Below are positions 1-8,325 of a DNA stretch of 64,000 nucleotides, one piece after another. This DNA is from a virus (Duplodnaviria > Caudoviricetes). Under the pieces are notes generated by a model. That model ran no database searches and was not told the origin of the DNA. It worked only from the letters and a program-made list of their open reading frames with translations. Location of the stretch: IMG/VR virus record IMGVR_UViG_2833778570_000001, positions 1 to 64,000 of that record, one strand, 5' to 3'. A program made the position numbers and the translations under genes. Each line of letters opens with the position of its first letter. The stretch's first letter is position 1.

Positions 1-1203
1 CTAGGTGGAAGCCATTTCCCTCTGAGGGGGCGGGTCGGACGGGGGCGAGGAGCCACCGCCGAACGCCCGGTTCAAGGCCTCCCGCTGCACGTCCACGTTC
101 TTCGCGTGGTAGTGCTTGAGGGTCGTCTTCATGTCTGCGTGGTCGGCCTGGAGCTGGGCCACTCGAGCGTTGCCCGTCACGTCGATGATGCGGGTGATGG
201 CGCTGCTCCGGAGGTCCTTGAACGAGAAGGCGCCGGGGATGACCTTCGGCCAAAGGGCGAAACCACATCGCGGGCACGGCGTGGACTTGCCGCTCTTCGC
301 GGTCTCGCTAAAGCCGCAACCCCGCCGACGACAGATGAGCCGGTAGCCCTGGATGATCTTCGCGGCCTTGAGGGCGGCCTTGAAGCGAGCGTGGGGACTC
401 GTCTTCGGCAGCTGGCCGCCGTCCTCGTAGCAGAAGAGGTACTCGCCCCGGCGGCGAGCCCACATGGCACGCAGGTACGGAAGCAGAACATCGGGGATGA
501 CGGCAGGCCGTGACGACTCGCTGCGCTGCATCGTCGTGACGCGCTTTGCGCGCGTCGTCTCTATGACGCCGCGGCGGAAGTCCACGTGCTCCCACTTCAT
601 CCGCCGCAGTTCGATGTATCGGAGCGCAAGGTGCGCGGCCACCCAGATGAGGTCCTTGAGCCACGGCAGCGTCGCTGCGTCACGCAGGGCTTCCAACTGG
701 GACCAGGTCAACGCCTTTGGGTTGGCGTCAGGCACCGCGATGGCCTCCACCTCGTGGACGGGGTTCCTCTCCACGAGCCCGTCCTTCATCGCCCACTTGA
801 AGAAGGCCGACAGCGTCATGCGCAGGTGCCGGCGCGTCTGCTGGCCGTAGCCGTCATCCAGCTTCGCGGCCAGCAGCTCGTCGATGTTGGTCGGGCGAAT
901 CTGCCCCACCGGAAGCGCACCAAGCGCGGGCAGGATGTGGAGACGCCAGCGGGACTCCAAGCTGTTGAAGCTGGCCTGGTGCCGCGAGGCCTTCAGGAAC
1001 CGCGGGGCGGCCTCCGCCAACGTCTCCGCTGTCGGCTCCGTCCCGAGGTTGTTCCGGGTCCGCCACGCGCGCTCCTCCAGGTCGCGCGCGTTCTTGCGGG
1101 CCTCCGTGAGCGTGCGGCCCTTGACGGCCCGCTCCACCTTCCTGCCCGCTGAGTCCTTGAGAATGGCGTAGTAGCGCTGCCCGCGCTTCCGGACACCGGC
1201 CAT
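1..1203 (-). CDS. int: Tyrosine recombinase / phage integrase (400 aa) with a Cys4 insertion
   Basis: Start MAGVRKRG at 1203; LALRYIEL box I, KDLR box II, DHADMKTTLKHY with catalytic Tyr; CRRRGC...CPRC insert. Confidence 0.93.
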   Translation of the reverse strand: MAGVRKRGQRYYAILKDSAGRKVERAVKGRTLTEARKNARDLEERAWRTRNNLGTEPTAETLAEAAPRFLKASRHQASFNSLESRWRLHILPALGALPVGQIRPTNIDELLAAKLDDGYGQQTRRHLRMTLSAFFKWAMKDGLVERNPVHEVEAIAVPDANPKALTWSQLEALRDAATLPWLKDLIWVAAHLALRYIELRRMKWEHVDFRRGVIETTRAKRVTTMQRSESSRPAVIPDVLLPYLRAMWARRRGEYLFCYEDGGQLPKTSPHARFKAALKAAKIIQGYRLICRRRGCGFSETAKSGKSTPCPRCGFALWPKVIPGAFSFKDLRSSAITRIIDVTGNARVAQLQADHADMKTTLKHYHAKNVDVQREALNRAFGGGSSPPSDPPPQREMAST

Positions 1204-1204
1204 G

Positions 1205-1498
1205 TCAGTGCCCCCGCCCCTTCGCGACGGCGACCGGCTTGCCGACGAGCCACTTCGCGACGGTCTCCGGGTCGAAGTACAGGATGCCGCCGCGCTTCGT
1301 GTGCGGGAGATCGCCCGCTGCCACGTGCGTGTACACCCAGTCCTTCGAGCGGCCTGCGTAGGCGGCCACGTTGTCCACGTTCCAATGGTCGGGCGGCAGT
1401 TCCGACCGGGGCACCGGAGTACGACGCGAGCGCTTCCTCGCCTCCGGTGCCTCATGATCCAGCGGCGTCGTAGCGCCCTGGTTGAAGTCATCACTCAT
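1205..1498 (-). CDS. Excisionase-like helix-turn-helix protein
   Basis: WNVDNVAAYAGRSKDWVYTHVAAGDLPHTKRGGILYFDPETV is a typical Xis/MerR-like HTH; directly upstream of int. Confidence 0.75.
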   Translation of the reverse strand: MSDDFNQGATTPLDHEAPEARKRSRRTPVPRSELPPDHWNVDNVAAYAGRSKDWVYTHVAAGDLPHTKRGGILYFDPETVAKWLVGKPVAVAKGRGH

Positions 1499-1551
1499 CG
1501 AATACCCCACCAGCACGGCACTGAACGAAGGATTAGGTTTGAAGTGTGGCA

Positions 1552-1568
1552 ACAACCTGAAAGGTTGT
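1552..1568. promoter_or_regulatory. Palindrome ACAACCT-GAA-AGGTTGT, putative operator (copy 1)
   Basis: Perfect inverted repeat upstream of xis-int; the same CAACCT-N3-AGGTTG recurs at 4712-4726. Confidence 0.45.
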
Positions 1569-2072
1569 CACCCTGGCCGCGCCATGCACGCCCTGATCAA
1601 TCGGGCGGGGCACGCGCGCACGAAGAGCAACTGCCGCGCCAACTCAGGGAGGTAGAACGGAAGGGGCGCGCCTCGTCAGGACCAACAGGAAGCCTCGACG
1701 ACAGCGCACCGCTCCCAGCACGCGAGGGCAGAGCCTCGACATGGGGAGCGTGAGCGACGGAGGTGCCATGTATGGACGCACCGTCCGAGCCTGTGGATCC
1801 TGGATGTTCGGAGCGAAGCAACGCGGCGTGTGACGACGTCCCATGGCGACCCCAAAACAGGCCCCGCTGGTGCTTGCTGGTCACCAGCGGGAACCTGCGG
1901 ACACGCCACAGCGCCACGACGCGGTTGTGGGGCCCTATCACCGCCAGCCAACAAAGGCTGACGAGTGAATTCGGACTAGATCGTTTGGGGCTACCGCTGC
2001 CAGCAAGTCAGCGGGTGCTGCGGAACTGATGAATTAATCGTTACTGCCAGTACGGCCAGAAAGCAAGTCCAC

Positions 2073-3005
2073 TCACTGCGCAATCGGTCGCGGCGCTTCG
2101 GTGCCGTCCGATAGCACCATGAAGGGCGCGTAGCAGACGCTCTTGTGCTCGAAGTAGTCGTCGCCGCAAGGGGGCGCCTGTTTCACCGCGACCCAGCAAG
2201 CTCCGATGATCTCTTCCTGGTTCTTCTTGCACGGCGGCCGGCGCTGGCCCTTGAACGGCTTGCCGGGCATATCGAGCGCGATTCGGACCATCTGGTCCAA
2301 ACCGTAGACTGGGACGGGCGGAGTCACGTCGATCTCGCTGAGCGAGGTTTCTGCGATGCCCGTCGTGAGCACTGCGCGCTCCGGCTCGGGCATTGCCGAT
2401 TTGGGCTTCTCTGGAGTTGAAGGCCCCTGGCGAACCCCTACGGCCAGCAGCAAGCTGGCCGTCAGTCCCACAAGGGCCGCGTTCTTCCACTGAGCAGCGA
2501 TGATGAGACGGACCGAAGCCAGTCGGCGTCGCGCGCGCCCGATCTGCCGTCGCCAGCGCGGCACAGGAGGCGCCATCAGGTGATCCAGCACCACCGGCTT
2601 GCGCCTGACCTGGTCCACTACGTTCGACAAATCACCCAGCGTCACCGCTATCTCCTCGCACACGTCGGCGGGAGAGACCGATGCGGGCGCCTGGATCGTG
2701 AGCACTTCCACGAACGCCTGTCCGTTGAGCGACTCGACGCGCGCAGACCATGAGCACGGCGAATCGCCATCCACCTGGTCCGCTGTCGGCCGGACGCCGA
2801 GCGCTGCATGCCCGGTATGACCATTTGAAGCCAAGTAGACGTCTCCATGCTCCGTGTCGTGCGCGACGCGCTGCTTCACAACGAACGGACCTACCCTGCC
2901 GGTTTCCCAGCCATTGTCAGCCGCGCGCGCTCCCGAACTCGCACCACCACCTCCGCGCGCCCGCTGGGACGTACCACCCTGGCCGGTATTCATCGGCTTC
3001 CGCAT
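2073..3005 (-). CDS. Membrane protein with a degenerate kinase-like N-terminus and a periplasmic Cys4 domain
   Basis: GPFVVKQR...GDVYLA N-lobe-like start, TM AALVGLTASLLLAVGV, C-terminal PPC...GACW...PPC...CYAP; paralog remnant at 16.4-17.2 kb. Confidence 0.7.
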   Translation of the reverse strand: MRKPMNTGQGGTSQRARGGGGASSGARAADNGWETGRVGPFVVKQRVAHDTEHGDVYLASNGHTGHAALGVRPTADQVDGDSPCSWSARVESLNGQAFVEVLTIQAPASVSPADVCEEIAVTLGDLSNVVDQVRRKPVVLDHLMAPPVPRWRRQIGRARRRLASVRLIIAAQWKNAALVGLTASLLLAVGVRQGPSTPEKPKSAMPEPERAVLTTGIAETSLSEIDVTPPVPVYGLDQMVRIALDMPGKPFKGQRRPPCKKNQEEIIGACWVAVKQAPPCGDDYFEHKSVCYAPFMVLSDGTEAPRPIAQ

Positions 3006-3079
3006 GAACCTCTCCCGCCCGTCTGCCTGGGCACCGTAGCGCCAAGCTCCGACTCTACATTCGCGTCCTGTGCTTCCAG

Positions 3080-3346
3080 CTATTTCTTGGGCTTGGCTCC
3101 ACGCCCTTTGGGCGCCGGTTCAGCCGAAGACAGCTCTTTCTCGAGGGCAGCCAGCGCGGCTTCGTAGCGCGAGCGCTGCTCAGCGCTCGCCCCCTCCAGC
3201 CAGGCAGCAGCCTGCTGGTCCAGGGCCTCCTCCATCACGCCATTGCGGTCCTGCCCGCGGCTGAGCGCCTGGGCGATAGCGCTCCAGATCTGCCACTTCG
3301 ACCTGGGCAGGATGAGCGAACTGCGCTCCCTCGGGTTGTGGGTCAT
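3080..3346 (-). CDS. Small putative repressor (possibly ribbon-helix-helix)
   Basis: First leftward ORF at the divergence point; short beta strand RSSLILP followed by helices, basic tail. Function inferred from position. Confidence 0.45.
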   Translation of the reverse strand: MTHNPRERSSLILPRSKWQIWSAIAQALSRGQDRNGVMEEALDQQAAAWLEGASAEQRSRYEAALAALEKELSSAEPAPKGRGAKPKK

Positions 3347-3483
3347 GTCCTGAAGCGGTGCCACGTCGTCCCCTCCTCTGCTGCGCATGCGCAACGCATT
3401 CCGCATCGCGGACCTCCAGTCCTATGTGAGCAGCGCCAGGTGGGTCAACGAGCACCTTCACCAACGCCTCTTCATGCACCCAA

Positions 3484-3529
3484 ACATGCACTTGACTAAG
3501 AACCAAAGCAAGAGCATATCAATGCATGT
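3484..3529. promoter_or_regulatory. Overlapping divergent promoter region flanked by an inverted repeat
   Basis: AT-rich; TTGACT(3492)-N17-CATATC on +, TTGATA on -; arms ACATGCA(C)TTGA / TCAATGCATGT. Confidence 0.45.
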
Positions 3530-3650
3530 CGATGGCGGACGGACGTTGCCCCTCGGGGGAATGGTCGCGGAGCGGGAGTTCGGTGGTCGCCACCGAAGAC
3601 GCCAGCAGGAGCAGCACCGGAGCACGGACACGAGCGAGTGGGGGCAGACG

Positions 3651-3842
3651 ATGCGAGCGGTGGATGCGGCGAAGGCCCTGGAGGGCCAGTGGTTCCGGCG
3701 GAAGGACGACGGCAAGGACGTGGATGACCGGCAGATCCGCGAGGTGAAGGCGACGCGGCGGCAGGGCAAGCAGCTCGTCACCTTCACGGATACCGCGGGC
3801 GTGCTGCACCGGCACATCGACGTGCTGGAAGTGCGCCAGTAG
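3651..3842 (+). CDS. Hypothetical early protein (63 aa)
   Basis: First rightward ORF after the control region, coding-like codon bias. Confidence 0.55.
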   Translation: MRAVDAAKALEGQWFRRKDDGKDVDDRQIREVKATRRQGKQLVTFTDTAGVLHRHIDVLEVRQ

Positions 3843-3898
3843 CACCATCAGCGGGCGCCACCACGCGCCCGCCCCACTCCACCCACCACGAGGACGAG

Positions 3899-4162
3899 AT
3901 GGCCAACGACATGGCGTCGGGAGAGGTGCACCCGCAGACGGACGACGCCGAGGCACTGCTGAAGGAGGCGGCGGACCTGGAGTTCCGCGCGGAGCACAAG
4001 GAGCGGCAAGCCGGGGCGGACTGGTGCTCCGCGGAGGGCGCCGTCTTCCTGGAGCGCGACGCGGCCGACTTCCGCGAGCGGGCCGCCGCGAAGCGCGCCA
4101 AGGCGCAGCAACTGTGCAACCCGGGGCACGTGGTGCCCCAGAAGGAGGAGTGCCGTGGCTGA
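3899..4162 (+). CDS. Hypothetical phage protein
   Basis: GAGGA RBS; tightly packed with downstream ORFs. Confidence 0.6.
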   Translation: MANDMASGEVHPQTDDAEALLKEAADLEFRAEHKERQAGADWCSAEGAVFLERDAADFRERAAAKRAKAQQLCNPGHVVPQKEECRG

Positions 4163-4325
4163 GAAGAAGACGAAGACGCCGCGCGAGGTGCTGCGCGCCT
4201 ACTTCGATGAGCAGGAGGTGGCGCCGGAGGTGCTGCGAGCCTGGAAGGAGCTGGACACCACCGTCGAGGGCGTGGCGCTCCGGCTCGCGGCCGACCTGGC
4301 CCAGCTGAAGGGCGGCGCGAAGTGA
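4155..4325 (+). CDS. Hypothetical protein (56 aa, GTG start)
   Basis: GGAGG RBS; overlaps neighbours at both ends (MAEKKTKTPREVLRAYF...). Confidence 0.55.
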   Translation: MAEKKTKTPREVLRAYFDEQEVAPEVLRAWKELDTTVEGVALRLAADLAQLKGGAK

Positions 4326-4678
4326 AGCCCCTGCACGAGCTGGCGGACGCGCTCGCCATCCTCGCCCGCGAGGGCTGGACGCCGCCGGACCGGGACGCGG
4401 CGAGCCTCGCGCAGCAAGTGCGCGAGATGGAGGCGCAGCAGACTCAGACGCAGGAGGTGTTGCAGGCCGTCGAGTACCTCCACGAGGCGTGCGAGCCGGA
4501 CGGCACCGACGCTGCGCGCGAGCGGTGGTTGCGCCTCCAACGCCGCGTCACCAGCACGCGGCTCCAGCTCGCCCGCATCAACGAGGCGGAGGTGTACCTG
4601 CGCGCCGAGCTGGAGCGCCAAGTATGGCTCGCGCGGCACCTTCGCGCGCAGAGCGAAGCGCAGCAGGCCGCCGCGTAG
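4322..4678 (+). CDS. Helical coiled-coil hypothetical protein
   Basis: GTGA overlap with upstream stop; strong GC3 bias. Confidence 0.7.
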   Translation: MKPLHELADALAILAREGWTPPDRDAASLAQQVREMEAQQTQTQEVLQAVEYLHEACEPDGTDAARERWLRLQRRVTSTRLQLARINEAEVYLRAELERQVWLARHLRAQSEAQQAAA

Positions 4679-4711
4679 CACGTCAGACCTAATTGGTATG
4701 ACTACGGCATT

Positions 4712-4726
4712 CAACCTGAGAGGTTG
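4712..4726. promoter_or_regulatory. Palindrome CAACCT-GAG-AGGTTG, putative operator (copy 2)
   Basis: In an AT-richer intergenic gap just downstream of TGGTATGAC (extended -10-like). Confidence 0.45.
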
Positions 4727-4728
4727 CA

Positions 4729-4938
4729 TTGCCGGAAGCACACCGCTCCCCCTGCCCCGCCTACGCCGAGCACCCGGACAGAAGCTGGGTGCTGTGCGAG
4801 CGCGAGTACGAGCACGAGGGGCGGCACCGCTGGCGGGACGTGGAGTGGGACTGCCTCACCCCGGAAGACGAGGTGCAGGCCGAGTTACGGGAACTGCTGC
4901 GCCAAGCGGAACAGGCCGCGGGCGAGAGCTACGAGTAG
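4729..4938 (+). CDS. Small Cys/His-rich hypothetical protein
   Basis: C..H..C..H..H pattern; start uncertain. Confidence 0.45.
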   Translation: MPEAHRSPCPAYAEHPDRSWVLCEREYEHEGRHRWRDVEWDCLTPEDEVQAELRELLRQAEQAAGESYE

Positions 4939-4947
4939 GAGCGGTCC

Positions 4948-5238
4948 ATGGGCTGTTGGCCACGTCGTCCACGCAAGCCGTCTCAAGAAACCTTGCGGCA
5001 CCGTGCCAACCGCGCCGAGTACTTCCACGCGTTGGATGTGCTGCACGGGCGCGCACCACCGGAGCCTCCCGCGCCGCAGCCTACGGCCGCCGTGTCCACC
5101 GGCGCGGCGCCGGGGCGCATCGAGTTCTCCCCGCCACCACCCGCGCAGCACGCGCCGAACGGCCACTGCCACTGCGGCGCCCCGCTCATCCACGGCAAGG
5201 ACGGACTCATCTGCGGCTGGGGCCTGCACGACGGATGA
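4948..5238 (+). CDS. Hypothetical protein with C-terminal CxC...C
   Basis: AGGAG RBS, operonic position. Confidence 0.5.
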   Translation: MGCWPRRPRKPSQETLRHRANRAEYFHALDVLHGRAPPEPPAPQPTAAVSTGAAPGRIEFSPPPPAQHAPNGHCHCGAPLIHGKDGLICGWGLHDG

Positions 5239-5292
5239 CCCTGAGCTGAATCACCCCTGAGCTGTTCAACCCCGGTCGAAAGAGGAGACCGA

Positions 5293-6270
5293 ATGATGTC
5301 ACCCCAGCGAAATGGCAGCCCACCGCCCAGGACTCCTGGCGGACCGCAGTCGAAGCCGCCCGCCCCCTCACGCATGACGCTGGACGCGCTCGTGCGCGGG
5401 AAGCGCGCGGCCCCGCTCCGCGTCGTGCTGTACGGAGTCGAGGGCATCGGAAAGTCCACCTTCGGCGCCAATGCGCCGGACCCCATCTTTCTCGGCGCGG
5501 AGGACGGCACGGACCACCTGGACGTCACGCGCTTCCCGTCGCCGGAGAGCTGGCAGGAGGTGCTGGACGCCGTCCGCGTCCTCACCGCCGAGCAGCACGA
5601 CTACCGGACGCTGGTCGTGGACACCCTCGACTGGGCGGAGCCGCTCCTCTGGGCGCACATCTGCAAGCGGGACCAGCAGGACAACATCGAGTCGTATGGG
5701 TACGGCAAGGGCTACAGCGCGGCGCTCGACGAGTGGCGCGTCTTCCTCGCTGCGCTCGACAAGCTCCGGCGCCAGAAGGGCATGCACATCATCCTCCTGG
5801 CCCACTGCTGGATTAAGCCCTTCAAGAATCCGGAGGGGGACGACTTCGACCGCTACGAGCTGAAGCTGAACGCGAAGGCCAGCGGGTTGGTGAAGGAGTG
5901 GGCGGAGCACGTCCTCTTCGCCAATCACGAGACGTACGCCTCCAAGGACGCGCGCACGAAGCGCGTGCGCGGCGTCTCGACGGGCGCGCGTCTCATCTAC
6001 ACGACGCGCACCGCCGCCTACGACGCGAAGAATCGCGGAGACCTGCCCGAGTCCATGCCCCTGTCGTGGGCAGACTTCACCGCCGCCCTGGAGGCCCACC
6101 AGCCGGCGGATCCGCAGGCGCTGGAGGCAGCCATCCGCGAGAAGGCGGAGCAACTCTCCGAAGCGCACAAGCGCAGCGCCCTGGCCGCCATCGAGCGGGC
6201 CGGAGGGGATGCGGTGAAGCTGGCGAAGCTCAACGACTGGACGAACGCCCGCCTGGGCGAGGTGACGTGA
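5293..6270 (+). CDS. AAA_24 / Sak4-like phage ATPase (recombination)
   Basis: Walker A GVEGIGKST, Walker B LVVDTLD, ILLAH motif; adjacent to SSB. Confidence 0.85.
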   Translation: MMSPQRNGSPPPRTPGGPQSKPPAPSRMTLDALVRGKRAAPLRVVLYGVEGIGKSTFGANAPDPIFLGAEDGTDHLDVTRFPSPESWQEVLDAVRVLTAEQHDYRTLVVDTLDWAEPLLWAHICKRDQQDNIESYGYGKGYSAALDEWRVFLAALDKLRRQKGMHIILLAHCWIKPFKNPEGDDFDRYELKLNAKASGLVKEWAEHVLFANHETYASKDARTKRVRGVSTGARLIYTTRTAAYDAKNRGDLPESMPLSWADFTAALEAHQPADPQALEAAIREKAEQLSEAHKRSALAAIERAGGDAVKLAKLNDWTNARLGEVT

Positions 6271-6271
6271 C

Positions 6272-6832
6272 ATGCAACTGGAGAATGGGCGGTACAAGGC
6301 GCGCGCCGCGCAGGGCGCTCTCGGCTTCACGTCAGGCGGCAAAGAGCAGGTGGCTATCGAGTTCACCTTCCTGGGCAATGACGGCTCGGAGCCATACGCC
6401 GGCCAGAGCATCACCTGGTTCGGATTCTTCACGGATGCGTCGCTTGAGCACACCATCAAGGCCCTCCGCGCTTGTGGCTGGCAGGGCAACGACGTCTCGG
6501 ACCTCACGGGCATCGAGTCCAACGACGTGTCCCTCGTCATCGAGAACGAGGAGTACGAGGGGAAGTGGAGTCCGAAGGTGCGGTGGGTGAACCCGCTCGG
6601 CAGCGGCCTCGCCCTCAAGCAGCAGATGGAGCCCACCCAGGCGCGCAACTTCGCGGCGCAGATGCGGGGACGCATCCTCGCGATGGAGCAGGGCACCGGG
6701 CCACGTCGCGCGCCCTCCCCGGCGCCTGCCCGCGGCGCCCCGCAACAGTCACGCGGAGGCAGTCGTCCGCCTTCGTATGGCGGCGGCCCGCCCGAGCCTC
6801 CGCCGCTCACGGACGAGGACATGCCGTTCTGA
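6272..6832 (+). CDS. Phage single-stranded DNA-binding protein (DUF669-like)
   Basis: OB-fold-like N-terminus, Pro/Gly linker, SSB-type acidic tail DEDMPF. Confidence 0.8.
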   Translation: MQLENGRYKARAAQGALGFTSGGKEQVAIEFTFLGNDGSEPYAGQSITWFGFFTDASLEHTIKALRACGWQGNDVSDLTGIESNDVSLVIENEEYEGKWSPKVRWVNPLGSGLALKQQMEPTQARNFAAQMRGRILAMEQGTGPRRAPSPAPARGAPQQSRGGSRPPSYGGGPPEPPPLTDEDMPF

Positions 6833-7038
6833 AGTAGCGCAGCACCGCGCGTTCCGAAGCCGCCTCACACGGCCCGGGTCGATCTCTCAGCGCGCGGGGT
6901 TGCAACCCGGTGGCATTGGGCCACCGGGCCTTGTCGGTGGAGCGGCCAGCACACCACCTGGCTGGACGGAACGCTCCACCTCACCCCGCGCGGCATAGGG
7001 CCTCGCGGGGCCTCTCACTGCGCTGACGTTGAGCGCTG

Positions 7039-7075
7039 CCCGGCGGGGGCGGTCCCCACTCCCGCCCCCGCCGGG
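7039..7075 (+). terminator. 14-bp GC stem-loop downstream of SSB
   Basis: CCCGGCGGGGGCGG-N9-CCGCCCCCGCCGGG; U-tract weak. Confidence 0.35.
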
Positions 7076-7208
7076 ACCTTCCGTCCAAAGCAGCACCAGC
7101 AGCAACTGCCGATGACGGGGCGTGGGCCCCCGCTGGACGTCCCAGCGCTCCCGGTTCGAGTCCGGCGTCGGCACTCCGTCCAGCCGTAACCCCACCCCCA
7201 GGAGTCGT

Positions 7209-7811
7209 ATGTCTTTCCCTTCGCGTCTCACCGCGCTGGCACTCGTGTGCCTCGTGGCATCCCCGGCCCTCGCCGAGCCGTTCTCCCCACTCACCGTCAA
7301 CACCAAGATCCCCGGGCTGCGCCAGCCCTTCGCGGGCATCACATTCACCAACTCGGAGAAGTCACTGAAGGACCTCATCTCCGCCTATGGGAAGCGGTTC
7401 AGCGTGAAGTCCATCGCGGACCTGCACTCCGACGAAGTGCAGTGCGGACTCGCGAAGTTCGCTGTGATGTTCGTCCAAAACCTCATGCTCAACGAGATAC
7501 CGGGCATGAAGTCGGCGGACCTGGAGGGCTTCCCCAAGGCCCTGGAGCATTACAAGGCGCGGGAGGCGTTCTTCTGCAACCAGCCTCCCCCGCCCGGCGT
7601 CAAAGCCAATCGCGGTGCGGAGTTGATGCGCCTCTGGATGGCCCGCGTAATGGACGAGTCAGCCAAGGCTCGCGAGCAGGAGTTGGCCGCGACGTACACG
7701 GCGAGGGCCAAGCAGCGCGGCTTCGACGTGACGGCACGCGACGTTGCCATGGCAGTGGGCATCGGTCTCGCAATGCTGGCCGGCGACCTGCTTCCGATTC
7801 CGGTCCCCTAG
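7209..7811 (+). CDS. Exported protein with signal peptide and C-terminal hydrophobic helix
   Basis: MSFPSRLTALALVCLVASPALA/E signal; GGAG RBS. Confidence 0.7.
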   Translation: MSFPSRLTALALVCLVASPALAEPFSPLTVNTKIPGLRQPFAGITFTNSEKSLKDLISAYGKRFSVKSIADLHSDEVQCGLAKFAVMFVQNLMLNEIPGMKSADLEGFPKALEHYKAREAFFCNQPPPPGVKANRGAELMRLWMARVMDESAKAREQELAATYTARAKQRGFDVTARDVAMAVGIGLAMLAGDLLPIPVP

Positions 7812-7920
7812 CTCCCTCCGATGACGTGCCAGCGGGCGGTGCAGAGCGGGCCGCCCGCCCTCTTCCCGCGCGCCGTCACGACGGCGGCGCGCTCAACCCC
7901 AACAACGAAGCGAGACGAAC

Positions 7921-8325
7921 GTGGCGACGAAGACGAAGAGCAGTGGTGGCCTGCTGGAGCTGGCGGACAGGTTGGAGGACGCCGCACAGATGCTGCGCGA
8001 CACCGTGGCGAAGTTGGGCGGCATGGTGGCGCCCGCGCCTGCGGTGAAGGCGCCTCCGACGAGCGCGGCCAGGCCGGCGAAGTCCGGCAAGGCGAGGGCG
8101 GCCCCGGCAGACGGCACGCGCATGTGCGCCATCAAGGGCTGCGGCAAGCCCAGCCGGACGAAGGGCTACTGCGCGGCGCACTACCAGAAGCTGCGCAACC
8201 TGGAGAAGACGAACCGGCGCCCTGCGGCGTGGGCGGACAACGCCGCCCCCAACAGCGTGGAGGACGTCCAGCTGCCGCGCGGTCGCGCCGCCTCGAAGGC
8301 GCTGGCGGAGGCGAGCACCCAATGA
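7921..8325 (+). CDS. vegA: Shortened homolog of myxobacterial vegetative protein VegA
   Basis: CAIKGCGKPSRTKGYCAAHYQKLRNLEKTNRRP...W...SVEDVQLPRGRAASKALA matches the VegA C-terminal domain as I recall it; Ala/Lys/Pro-rich linker. Confidence 0.75.
   Translation: MATKTKSSGGLLELADRLEDAAQMLRDTVAKLGGMVAPAPAVKAPPTSAARPAKSGKARAAPADGTRMCAIKGCGKPSRTKGYCAAHYQKLRNLEKTNRRPAAWADNAAPNSVEDVQLPRGRAASKALAEASTQ

Noticed and set aside
1203-1494. N-terminal extension of the integrase in the ORF track
   Set aside because: Overlaps the excisionase in another frame; an RBS-preceded ATG at 1203 fits the family start
1-2070. attL site or tRNA target
   Set aside because: No tRNA-like fold or duplicated core could be identified; the window starts at the integrase stop, so att is probably outside
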